Both the position numbers and the translations under genes were made by a program. The notes beneath the pieces were generated by a model. That model did no database searches. It was given only the letters and a program-made list of their open reading frames with translations, and was not told the DNA's origin. From the NCBI GenBank assembly GCA_025061095.1, contig JANZKB010000001.1, positions 67,078 through 112,765 on the forward strand: DNA of 45,688 nucleotides. Reading direction: 5' to 3'. The stretch is from Candidatus Culexmicrobium thermophilum (GTDB lineage Archaea > Thermoproteota > Methanomethylicia > Culexarchaeales > B10-G16). Of the stretch, positions 1-9,472 are shown one piece after another (the stretch's first letter is position 1; each line of letters starts with the position of its first letter).

Positions 1-27
1 TTATGTTTATATCTCTTCCATGAAGAT

Positions 28-495
28 TCAACCTATAACTTTGAACATAACCATTGCGGATTCTCCATTCCTATAATAGTTAGAAATGACGTATGCCTTT
101 TTATAACCAAGTTTAAGATACAGGTTTTGAGCTGCAGAATTGCTCACTCTAACTTCTAGGCGGAGAATTATGCAACCTAAATGTTTTAAACGTTCTTCAG
201 CATTCAGCATTAAGAGGCGGCCTATTCCCCTTCGGCGGAAATTTTCATCCACCGCAATGGATAGGATGTGTCCCAGATAATTGTATCTGACAGTTGAAAT
301 TATATAGCCAACTACTAAATTATCTAATTCGGCCACGAGGAAAGTGTCAGGGGAAGATAACATTAGAAATCTAAGTAATCTTTTGGAGTATGGTTCTAGA
401 AAGGAGCGTGCCTCAATGTCATATATTCTGGGAATATCGGTTTCTAAGGCTCTTCTCACAATTAAATCATTTAGGGACATTGAAGAAGCCTCCAT
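28..495 (-). CDS. rimI: RimI/Ard1-family GNAT N-acetyltransferase
   Basis: GHILSIAVDENFRRRGIGRLLM acetyl-CoA motif, LEVRVSN..AQNLY.KLGY, YYRNGESA.VM. The true start may be the second Met. Confidence 0.9.
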   Translation of the reverse strand: MEASSMSLNDLIVRRALETDIPRIYDIEARSFLEPYSKRLLRFLMLSSPDTFLVAELDNLVVGYIISTVRYNYLGHILSIAVDENFRRRGIGRLLMLNAEERLKHLGCIILRLEVRVSNSAAQNLYLKLGYKKAYVISNYYRNGESAMVMFKVIG

Positions 496-552
496 ACAGC
501 TAATAATAAATAAAAAGTTGCAAAGATATTATTTTATTTGGAGGTTTAAGTT

Positions 553-1218
553 ATGAAGTTGAAATGGTTAAGCCATGCAGGCTTTCTCATCGAAATCGAT
601 GAAAAAAGATTACTGATAGATCCGTGGATTAAAGGAAATCCCCTTGCTAAATGTACTTTGGATGAATTGGATGGGATAGATGCAGTTTTAGTAACCCATG
701 ATCACAGCGACCATATGGGAGATGCCATTGAAATAGCCATAAGAAATAATGCTAAATTTATAGGGATCTATGAGTTAAGCCAATATGCAGCTAAAAAGGG
801 AGTAAAAAATGTTGTAGGTATGAATATAGGTGGAACCATAAATTTGGAGGGGCTAAGCATTATAATGGTCCAGGCATTCCATTCATCCAATATTGGAATG
901 CCCACGGGATATATAATTAGAGAGAGAGAAGGAGTTTACCATGCAGGGGATACGGGGCTATTTTATGATATGAAATTGCTGGCTGAACTTTACAAACCTA
1001 GAGTTGTACTTCTACCAATAGGGGGACATTTCACCATGGGGCTGAGGGAAGCTGCCGAAGCTGTGAAATTGATGGATCCTGAAATTGCCATTCCCATGCA
1101 TTACAACACGTTTCCCCCGATCGTTCAAGATCCCAATAAATTTAGAGAGATAGTTAAGGAGAAAGCTCCCCGCACAAAAGTTATCATAGCAGAGATAAAT
1201 GAGTGGATAGAAATATAG
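553..1218 (+). CDS. Metallo-beta-lactamase-fold metal-dependent hydrolase (UPF0173/UlaG-like)
   Basis: THDHSDH, AFHSS, YHAGDTG, LPIGGHFTMG and PMHYNTFP motifs; GGAGGT Shine-Dalgarno upstream. Confidence 0.9.
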   Translation: MKLKWLSHAGFLIEIDEKRLLIDPWIKGNPLAKCTLDELDGIDAVLVTHDHSDHMGDAIEIAIRNNAKFIGIYELSQYAAKKGVKNVVGMNIGGTINLEGLSIIMVQAFHSSNIGMPTGYIIREREGVYHAGDTGLFYDMKLLAELYKPRVVLLPIGGHFTMGLREAAEAVKLMDPEIAIPMHYNTFPPIVQDPNKFREIVKEKAPRTKVIIAEINEWIEI

Positions 1219-1222
1219 ATGA

Positions 1223-2680
1223 ATGTTAATAGCATCGGTGAGCAAAGCTGAATTGAATATGCCTGAAGAAGAATTAAATGTAAAGGAAATGGAAGTAATT
1301 AAAAACATATATGTAAATAATGGTAGAATTACGGTTAAAGCCCTCTCCCAGATGAGTAAAATCGATTTAAACACGCTTAACTCGATAATTGAAAAACTTC
1401 GGAAACTTGGCATAATTAATAAAAGGGAGATGACGATCAGAAAGGCAAAAATAAGCAGGAAAAGAGGTGGAAATGAATTAGCAGAGAGATTACTGTTCGA
1501 CATGTTGAGTAAGAGAAGAAGGAAGGAGATAACGATTAAAGGTTTAAAGAGAATTCTGGGAGAAGAACTTGCAACAATTGCTATTGGCAAGGGTATTGAT
1601 ATTGGTTTAATTAAGATAGAATCGAATAAAGTAAAGCTGATAAAAAGCAACTTTCCCTATACATTGGAAGAAAAAATTTTGGAGAGAATTGTTGAGGGAG
1701 AAGAGGTCATAGTGGAAAGGTTGAGTAAAAATGTTGAAGAAGCATTGAAAAAATTGGTGGACAGGGGACTTATAAAGTTGAGAGAGGAAAAAGTGAACAG
1801 TATTACTTTAACTGAGAAGGGATTAGAAATTGCGAAGAGGCTGAGAAGAATGGAGATTACTGGAGCTTTAGATGAGAATGATATTGTAGAGGAAAAATGG
1901 AGGAAAAAGAAACTTAAAAAATATGATTTCAAGACGCAGCCACTCCCTGTGAAATTCGGAGAAGAACATTTGGCGATACAATATTTAAGAAGGATAAAAA
2001 CGTTTTTAGAGCTTTATGGATTCGTCGAAGTTGAGAGCGGGGTGATAACAAGTGAGCTTTGGAGCTTCGACATGCTTAACTATAATCAGGAGCATCCTAG
2101 AAGAGCTATAAATAAATTATATTATGTAAAGAACGTCGAGTTGAAGGAGGAAATAAACTTTGAAAAGGTGAAGGAGTACCAGGAGAGTATTTGGGGATAT
2201 AAATGGAGCAGGGAGAGAGCGAAGAGAATTATACTGTCGATCAACCCAGCATCCTTTCTCATTAGAACTTCCAGTGAAAACACTAACTTAAAAAGAGTTT
2301 ATACAGTGTCTAGGGTTCTATTAGAGGGGAGAGGGGAGGATGGAAGACCATTAGAAAAAATATTAATTGGAGCATTAGACTATTCGCCTAATGTAAATCT
2401 CAGCAAACTTTTATATTTATGTAAACTGTTGCTTTCACATTTAGGATTTGAAGAATTTTCAGTATCTCCAATGTATTTACCATATGCTAGACCTGCATTT
2501 AAAGTTGAAGTTCAGGGAAACGGGATAATTGAAGGAGGCTTACTAAGGCAGGAAATATGTGAAGTATTAGAATTGGATGGTGGAATTGTTTTTAACATCG
2601 ACTTAGAGCATATAATCAAATGCAGAGTGAAGAATTTCAAATGTTTCTCAAAGAAGCTTGAAGCCTTAGGAAGAAGGTGA
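1223..2680 (+). CDS. pheS: Archaeal-type phenylalanyl-tRNA synthetase alpha-subunit paralog with degenerate catalytic motifs (probable pseudo-enzyme)
   Basis: N-terminal wHTH-like region, W..K.LKKYD, GF.E...I.SE.WSFDML...QEHP.R and WGYKWS.ERA match archaeal PheS. Motif 2 (RVFR) reads RVLL, FPFTEP reads LPYARP, and motif 3 (GxGxER) reads NIDLEH. Confidence 0.8.
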   Translation: MLIASVSKAELNMPEEELNVKEMEVIKNIYVNNGRITVKALSQMSKIDLNTLNSIIEKLRKLGIINKREMTIRKAKISRKRGGNELAERLLFDMLSKRRRKEITIKGLKRILGEELATIAIGKGIDIGLIKIESNKVKLIKSNFPYTLEEKILERIVEGEEVIVERLSKNVEEALKKLVDRGLIKLREEKVNSITLTEKGLEIAKRLRRMEITGALDENDIVEEKWRKKKLKKYDFKTQPLPVKFGEEHLAIQYLRRIKTFLELYGFVEVESGVITSELWSFDMLNYNQEHPRRAINKLYYVKNVELKEEINFEKVKEYQESIWGYKWSRERAKRIILSINPASFLIRTSSENTNLKRVYTVSRVLLEGRGEDGRPLEKILIGALDYSPNVNLSKLLYLCKLLLSHLGFEEFSVSPMYLPYARPAFKVEVQGNGIIEGGLLRQEICEVLELDGGIVFNIDLEHIIKCRVKNFKCFSKKLEALGRR

Positions 2681-4368
2681 AGGATGTGGTGAAGGTAAGA
2701 GTAAAACTGGAATATTTAAGTGAACTTATAGGAGAGAAGGTTAAAATCAATGAAGCTATAAAACTTCTAAGTTTAATTAGATGTAATGTAATCTCAAAGA
2801 AGAACAATAGACTTTTAGTTGAGGTTCCATATGAAAGAGCAGATTTATACTCAGCGGAGGGAGTTGCAAGAGCATTATTATTTTTGAGAGGAAGAGAGAT
2901 CGACCTTGGCGGAAGAGTGGAAAAAGGCAATTATATGATTTCCGCTAGAGAAGCAGGAAGAGCCGTACAGCCATATATAGGTGGAGCTGTAATAGAGGGG
3001 TGGAGAATCAGCGATGAAAGTAGAATACAGGTTGAACAGTTAATATCTAATCTACAAAAATATTATTGTGGAAAGAGGAGAAGAGCGTTCATAGAAATTC
3101 ATGACTTATCGAATATTCAGTTCCCACTTAGCTATACATTGATGAAAAAGAGGAATATAAAATTCAAACCGCGAAATAAGGGGGAAGAGATGAACGGTGA
3201 GGAGATGCTTAAGGAACTCAGAATGGAGCATTTCTTTGCAGGATTAGAGGAGTATCCGGTGATTATAGATGCTGGAGGCAAATTTATCTCCATGCCGCCT
3301 ATAACAGGTTCCGATGAAACGAAATTACCCTGTGAGAGTAGTGTTCGCCGCTTAAATTTAATGATTATTATGACTGCTGAAACCCGAAAACTTCTCGAAA
3401 GAATATTGAAAGTTGTCTGTGCAAATATGCTTCAAAATGCTGAAAAAGCATTTCAGATGGAAGTGGCCTACAGGGAAAATGTACATTTAACTCCAAATGT
3501 AAATTGCCGGTCGATCAATACAAGTTTCCATGAAATTTTAAAGATTATTGGAAGTAAGATTGATGAAATGATCGTTCTAAATGGTTTACGAAGAGCTGGA
3601 TTTAAAGTAAAAGAACGGGAAGGAGAAATTGAAATAGCTATTCCATTTTATAGAATTGATGCAAGAAATATCTATGATGTTATCGACGATGCTTTGTCGA
3701 TAATGGGATATGATATGTTAATACAAGATGGATTGGAGATTACAGTTTCGAAGATCGGTAGACCGCTAAATAAAGAAGTCATATTAGATAGATTAAGGGA
3801 TTTGATGGTTGGATTCGGTTTCAAAGAGGTTTTAACTAGTCTTTTTTTAAAGGAGAAGAATAGGTTGGGGGGAGAATTAATAGAAATCTCCAATCCATCA
3901 TTGTTAGAATATAGATTTTTACGTAACACTATAATTCCGAATTTATTAGAAGTTTTAAGAGAAAATAGGCATTTAAAGAAGCCTATAAAGATCTTTGAGA
4001 TCGGGGAAACCTATGAGGGAAATCTTCAAAGAGGATATGTTAAAAATTATACTTTAACCGGAGTTTTCATGTATCATAGAACCTGTTTTGAAAGGATACA
4101 TGGAATAGTGGATGTAATCCTTAAACTTTTAAATGTAAAATATAGGCTTAGCAGAATACGTAGCAATTATTTTATGGATGGGAGGGCAGCAGGCATCATC
4201 TATAGAAATAGACGGGTGGGAGTTTTAGGGGAGATAAATCCCGAGATTCTTGTGAAGAATAGATTGACAAGTCCAGTTACAGGGTTTGAAATCCATGTGA
4301 ATAAATTGATGGGGCCGCGGAGATTTGAACTCCGGTCACGGGGACCCATTGGGGGATTAAAGCTCTAA
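2677..4368 (+). CDS. pheT: Archaeal-type phenylalanyl-tRNA synthetase beta-subunit paralog (divergent editing domain)
   Basis: R.DLYSAEGVARAL, PYIGGAVI, SMPPI, YRID....D..DD..GY, SNP....Y..LR..IIPNLLE, KIFEIGE, F.DGRAA, G.LGEI.PE.L. Overlaps pheS by 4 nt (GTGA); the 3' end runs into an antisense tRNA. Confidence 0.88.
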   Translation: MKDVVKVRVKLEYLSELIGEKVKINEAIKLLSLIRCNVISKKNNRLLVEVPYERADLYSAEGVARALLFLRGREIDLGGRVEKGNYMISAREAGRAVQPYIGGAVIEGWRISDESRIQVEQLISNLQKYYCGKRRRAFIEIHDLSNIQFPLSYTLMKKRNIKFKPRNKGEEMNGEEMLKELRMEHFFAGLEEYPVIIDAGGKFISMPPITGSDETKLPCESSVRRLNLMIIMTAETRKLLERILKVVCANMLQNAEKAFQMEVAYRENVHLTPNVNCRSINTSFHEILKIIGSKIDEMIVLNGLRRAGFKVKEREGEIEIAIPFYRIDARNIYDVIDDALSIMGYDMLIQDGLEITVSKIGRPLNKEVILDRLRDLMVGFGFKEVLTSLFLKEKNRLGGELIEISNPSLLEYRFLRNTIIPNLLEVLRENRHLKKPIKIFEIGETYEGNLQRGYVKNYTLTGVFMYHRTCFERIHGIVDVILKLLNVKYRLSRIRSNYFMDGRAAGIIYRNRRVGVLGEINPEILVKNRLTSPVTGFEIHVNKLMGPRRFELRSRGPIGGLKL

Positions 4369-4400
4369 CCCCGCAGCCTTCCAAGCTAGCCTACGGCCCC
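4310..4400 (-). tRNA. tRNA-Pro(UGG) with an 18-nt intron at position 33/34
   Basis: Reverse complement: GGGGCCG acceptor stem, CGGGG/CCCCG anticodon stem, GTTCAAATC T-loop. Removing AGAGCTTTAATCCCCCAA gives the loop TT-TGG-GT. Confidence 0.9.
4349..4366 (-). other. tRNA intron with bulge-helix-bulge (BHB) motif
   Basis: Central helix GGGG(28-31)/CCCC, 3-nt bulges TT|A and AA|T, flanking C27-G35 and GA/TC pairs. Confidence 0.85.
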
Positions 4401-4511
4401 AAATCCGTTAGAAACTAATTAACCGAAATGCTTGAAAAATTTTTCCGCTTATACTGCTAAGATTTTTATGTCTCCAAATAGAAGAGAATTAATGGGGCAT
4501 TAAACTTCACG

Positions 4512-5219
4512 GTGAAATATTTGTCGATTGAAGAGAGAATAGCAAAGAGAATTGCAGGGGAAATAGTGCTTTCAAATAAACCTTGGAAGACTATGCGTAA
4601 GTGGAGGGAGATGTTCAAGATCTCTCAAATCGAAGTTGCATCCAAAATGAACATTTCACCTTCAGTTATAAGTGACTATGAGGGGGGAAGAAGGAAGTCT
4701 CCGGGCTCACGTTTCATAAAGAAATTTGTGGAAACATTGATTGAGATAGATAAGGGGAGGGGTGGACCAACCATTAAGGAATTCGAGAAATTGATTGATC
4801 TCTCCGCAGGGGCAATATTAGATATGAGAGAATACTCTGAGCCTATAAGTGTGAAAGAGCTTTGCAGCATTATTGAAGCCGAGATCATAGCATGTGCACA
4901 TTTAGGGGGTAGGAAGATATTCGGTCACACCGTTGTGGACAGTATAAGATGTATCGAATCCCTATCTGGAATGGAATTTCTAAAACTTATGGGAACCACT
5001 TCGATGAGAGCACTAATCTTCACGAAAGTATCTATAGGAAAATCACCTATGATTGCTGTGAGAGTGCATCCGATAAAACCAGCGGCAGTAATCATGCATG
5101 GTACTGATCATGTTGACCCGTTGGCTATAAGATTGGCGAGAATTGAACAGATACCGTTGGCGCTTTCATATATAGAAAATGTTGATAAGATGATAGATAG
5201 GTTGAGAAGAATAGTTTAG
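4512..5219 (+). CDS. XRE-family HTH transcriptional regulator with C-terminal DRTGG-like domain (COG1709-like)
   Basis: IAGEIVLS.KP..TMRKWRE.F.ISQ.EVA....SPSVISDYEGGRRKSPG, G.TVVDS, RALIFT.VS.GKSPMIAVRV....P..V..HG. Confidence 0.85.
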   Translation: MKYLSIEERIAKRIAGEIVLSNKPWKTMRKWREMFKISQIEVASKMNISPSVISDYEGGRRKSPGSRFIKKFVETLIEIDKGRGGPTIKEFEKLIDLSAGAILDMREYSEPISVKELCSIIEAEIIACAHLGGRKIFGHTVVDSIRCIESLSGMEFLKLMGTTSMRALIFTKVSIGKSPMIAVRVHPIKPAAVIMHGTDHVDPLAIRLARIEQIPLALSYIENVDKMIDRLRRIV

Positions 5220-5270
5220 CTTGAAAGAAAGGATAAAATTTACCTATAATTATAATATTATGATAGGGGA

Positions 5271-7487
5271 GTGTCTACGGATAGAAGAACAACCTCGGAA
5301 AAAATTCTAAATGCAATTTCAAACAGGATAAGAATTGAGATCATTAAAAAATTAAGTAGGGTTGGAGAGTATAGTTTCACCGAACTTATGACGGAGCTGA
5401 ACATGTCGCCGAGAACGGATGCAGGTAAATTTGGGTATCACATAAAGTTATTATCCAATAGCGGTATCATAGCAACAAATCCGAAAAATGGGCGATATAT
5501 ATTAACGGATCTAGGTAAAATGCTTGCAGATTTAATCTGGGAATTAGAGGAGATAACAAGAAAGAAGGAAAAGAAGATACTTGTAAGAACATCGGAGTTA
5601 ATAATGGAGCCTTTTGAACGAAGAAAGATCACGGAAGCTTTAATGCGTGAGGCTAGAGCTCCAAGAAAGATTGCGGAAATCATCGCCAAAGAGGCTGAGG
5701 AAAGAATCTTGCAGAGTAATATAAGTTATCTGACTGCACCTTTAATAAGGGAGTTCGTTAATGCAATATTGCTTGAGCAGGGATTAGAAGATTATAGACA
5801 TAGTTTAACTAGGCTTGGACTACCAGTTTATGATGTTGAAAGGATGCTTGAAATGAGCCGTCCAACTGCCTTGGTTCCGATAGAGATACATGCCAAGGCA
5901 GGTAATGCCGTGATGAGCGAGTATGCACTTATGAAAGAATTGCCCCGCAGAATATCGGAAGCACATATGTCCGGAAGTATACATATAAGTAATATAAGCT
6001 GTTGGGGATTGAAACCAGCTACAATACATCATGATGTTTCATTTTTTCTGAAGCATGGTCTCAAGTTAGGGGAACTTGGATATGTATTTTCAAATAGTAG
6101 AGGAGCAAGAAGCTTCAAGGAGGCTTTAGATATAATTTTGAGACTAGCCTATATTATGCATAGCAGCATCTCGGTTGGACAGGTGGTAGACGATATAAAT
6201 GTGGTTTTAGCTCCATTTATAAGGAACATGAAATATGATGAAATAAAGAGGGAGATAAAGGAACAGTTGATACGAATAAACCAGTTATTCTCCTATGAGG
6301 GAAAACTTTTACCTGTCGCTTTTGGAATGAGCATAAAGGATGAAAGCGAATATTTTGAAGAGGAATTAAGTCTTTTCAGAGCGTTCATGGAAGTTATGTG
6401 TGAAGGAGATCATTTGGGCAGACCTTTCCTGACGCCGCTTCCCATAATCAAATTGAAAGAAAAAGATCTCGATAAATATGAGGAGGAGGTTCAGCTGCTT
6501 TGCAAGTTGATATCCAAATGGTCGACACCATACATAATCAATTTGGATTGGCAAACCAATATGGCGGTAAGCTACTGTTGGGATCTTTCAAGGCTATCTA
6601 AAGGGGAGGGAGATGTTAATAGGTTGAAGCGAACCGGACAGTTAGACAGCGTTTTAATAAATCTTCCGAGAATAGCTTTAGAGGCAAATGGAAATGATGA
6701 AATTTTCTTTTCTAAATTGAATGATGCTATAAGCATAAGTATTGAAGCGTTAAGGGAGAAGATGAGGATTTTAAAGAAGAGGATGAACAATGGGCTTCTA
6801 GCTTTGCTCACAATGAAGGCTGGAGATGACCCCTACTATAATTTGGATGATGCTTATGGAAATATTGGGTATGTAGGTTTGTCTGAAGCAGTTAAGATTC
6901 ATACAGGGGAGGAAATGACGGAAGATGATGATGCTTTAAGATTTGCTGAAAAGATAGTTAATTATATGGTGAGAAAAACCTCTAAAAGAAGAATAAAAGT
7001 GAAGGTTAGCGGAATATCAGTGGAGGATCCTGGTAGAAGACTTTTGAAAACGGATATTGCCAGATTCGGCATTAGAAGTTTGCAGGAGGAGCTTGGCAGA
7101 AATCTGAATAAATACACTTCAGGAACCAATGTTCCCTACGAATTAAAGATACCGTTGAAAACAAGAATAAATATTGAGAGTAAATTTCAAAGAATGACTT
7201 TGGGTGGACATGGACTTAACATCTTCCTTAAAAATCCAATTCCCGAGCCAAATTACCTATTCAAAGTTTTATCGGAGCTTATTGAGAGTAAAAAGTTAGG
7301 GGCATTCACATTTTCAAAGGACTTCACATATTGTAGGAAATGTGGAAGCATGAGTGACGGATTATATGATAAATGTCCAAAATGTGGAAGATCAATTAAC
7401 AATATAGTTAACTACGTTAAGGAGGTGAACATTTATCAACCCGTCAACATTATTGAAGCAAGATACAGAAATAAATATATTATATGA
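5271..7487 (+). CDS. nrdD: ArsR-type wHTH + ATP-cone + class III ribonucleotide reductase (NrdD)-like fusion, apparently catalytically inactive
   Basis: N-terminal RIEIIKKL..YSFTELM..GKFGYHIKLL..Y.LTDLG; ATP cone VRTS..EPFERRKI..LTAPLIREFVNAILLE; TRLGLPVYDV, INLPRIA, GYVGLSE and CxxC..CPxC retained. No RxxGY glycyl-radical loop. Confidence 0.85.
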   Translation: MSTDRRTTSEKILNAISNRIRIEIIKKLSRVGEYSFTELMTELNMSPRTDAGKFGYHIKLLSNSGIIATNPKNGRYILTDLGKMLADLIWELEEITRKKEKKILVRTSELIMEPFERRKITEALMREARAPRKIAEIIAKEAEERILQSNISYLTAPLIREFVNAILLEQGLEDYRHSLTRLGLPVYDVERMLEMSRPTALVPIEIHAKAGNAVMSEYALMKELPRRISEAHMSGSIHISNISCWGLKPATIHHDVSFFLKHGLKLGELGYVFSNSRGARSFKEALDIILRLAYIMHSSISVGQVVDDINVVLAPFIRNMKYDEIKREIKEQLIRINQLFSYEGKLLPVAFGMSIKDESEYFEEELSLFRAFMEVMCEGDHLGRPFLTPLPIIKLKEKDLDKYEEEVQLLCKLISKWSTPYIINLDWQTNMAVSYCWDLSRLSKGEGDVNRLKRTGQLDSVLINLPRIALEANGNDEIFFSKLNDAISISIEALREKMRILKKRMNNGLLALLTMKAGDDPYYNLDDAYGNIGYVGLSEAVKIHTGEEMTEDDDALRFAEKIVNYMVRKTSKRRIKVKVSGISVEDPGRRLLKTDIARFGIRSLQEELGRNLNKYTSGTNVPYELKIPLKTRINIESKFQRMTLGGHGLNIFLKNPIPEPNYLFKVLSELIESKKLGAFTFSKDFTYCRKCGSMSDGLYDKCPKCGRSINNIVNYVKEVNIYQPVNIIEARYRNKYII

Positions 7488-7493
7488 GCAAGT

Positions 7494-8435
<942 letters not shown>

Positions 8436-8502
8436 TTAAAAATATAAAAAGCATTCGAAGATAAGAGGCAAAACATATAAAAAGAGAAGGTAATCTGAAT
8501 AG

Positions 8503-8988
8503 TTGAAGGAAATGTTGGACCTAAAAGAAAAAGAATTAAAGGTACAAAAAATTAAGAATGGAACTGTAATCGACCATATTGCCGCTGGATATGCTTTAAG
8601 CGTACTAAGAATTCTGGGAATAACTGGTAAAGAAGGAATTACAGTTAGTGTAGTAATGAATGTTCCAAGCGAAAAATTAGGGAAAAAAGACATAGTCAAA
8701 GTGGAAGGCAGAGAATTGAAGAAAGAGGAGGTGAATAAGATAGCATTAGTCGCGCCGAAAGCCACAATAAATATAATAAGAAACTACAAAATAATAAGAA
8801 AAGACAGAATACGGTTACCCAATGAAATTGAAGGGATCATATCATGTATAAATCCAAAATGCATAACTAAAGGTGAAAGAGAACCGATAAAACCAAAATT
8901 CACAGTAATATCAGATAAGCCGATAAGGCTTCGATGCAAGTATTGCGGCACAATACTTGAAATAGACGACATAGAAAAACAACTTTAA
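8503..8988 (+). CDS. pyrI: Aspartate carbamoyltransferase regulatory subunit
   Basis: I.NGTVIDHI, NVPS.KLGKKDIVKVE, C.NP.CIT and CKYC zinc site. Likely start is the ATG at 8512. Confidence 0.96.
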   Translation: MKEMLDLKEKELKVQKIKNGTVIDHIAAGYALSVLRILGITGKEGITVSVVMNVPSEKLGKKDIVKVEGRELKKEEVNKIALVAPKATINIIRNYKIIRKDRIRLPNEIEGIISCINPKCITKGEREPIKPKFTVISDKPIRLRCKYCGTILEIDDIEKQL

Positions 8989-9007
8989 GAGATAAGTTTC
9001 ATCATAC

Positions 9008-9020
9008 AAGTTTAAAAATA
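9008..9020 (+). promoter_or_regulatory. Putative BRE/TATA box of tRNA-Pro(CGG)
   Basis: AAG-TTTAAAAA about 26 nt upstream of the tRNA 5' end. Confidence 0.55.
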
Positions 9021-9043
9021 AATCATAAAAGTAGCAGCAACAT

Positions 9044-9117
9044 GGGGCCGTAGTCCAGTTTGGAAGGACGTCGCCCTCGGGCGGCGAAGGCCGTGGGTTC
9101 AAATCCCACCGGCCCCA
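9044..9117 (+). tRNA. tRNA-Pro(CGG), intronless
   Basis: GGGGCCG/CGGCCCC acceptor stem, GTCC/GGAC D-stem, TCGCC-CT-CGG-GC-GGCGA anticodon arm, GTGGG-TTCAAAT-CCCAC T arm, discriminator A, T-rich tail. Confidence 0.96.
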
Positions 9118-9472
9118 CTTTTATCTTCATTTAATTCAAAGTTGCATCACTTTCAAACCTTTACTACGAGTTAACCTTTTCCTTTTTTACTGGTTTTAGT
9201 GGACTATATAAGTTCCACAATCCAAAAATAACTCCGCAAGCACTCAAGTTAAATGGAGGTGAAAACGAGAGCATAAAAAGATAGATGTCATTTAGTTTTG
9301 AACGTAATGCTAGATCCAATATTGGATAAATGATGTATAATATTGACAATATTACAATTAGTTTTTAAACATGTTTTCATATCATCATGTTTCATTCAGT
9401 TTATAAAGCCATTTAAAATCTATCTTAGAGAAATAGTGTAGATTGAATTGTTCGGTGAAATGTAAATGATCT

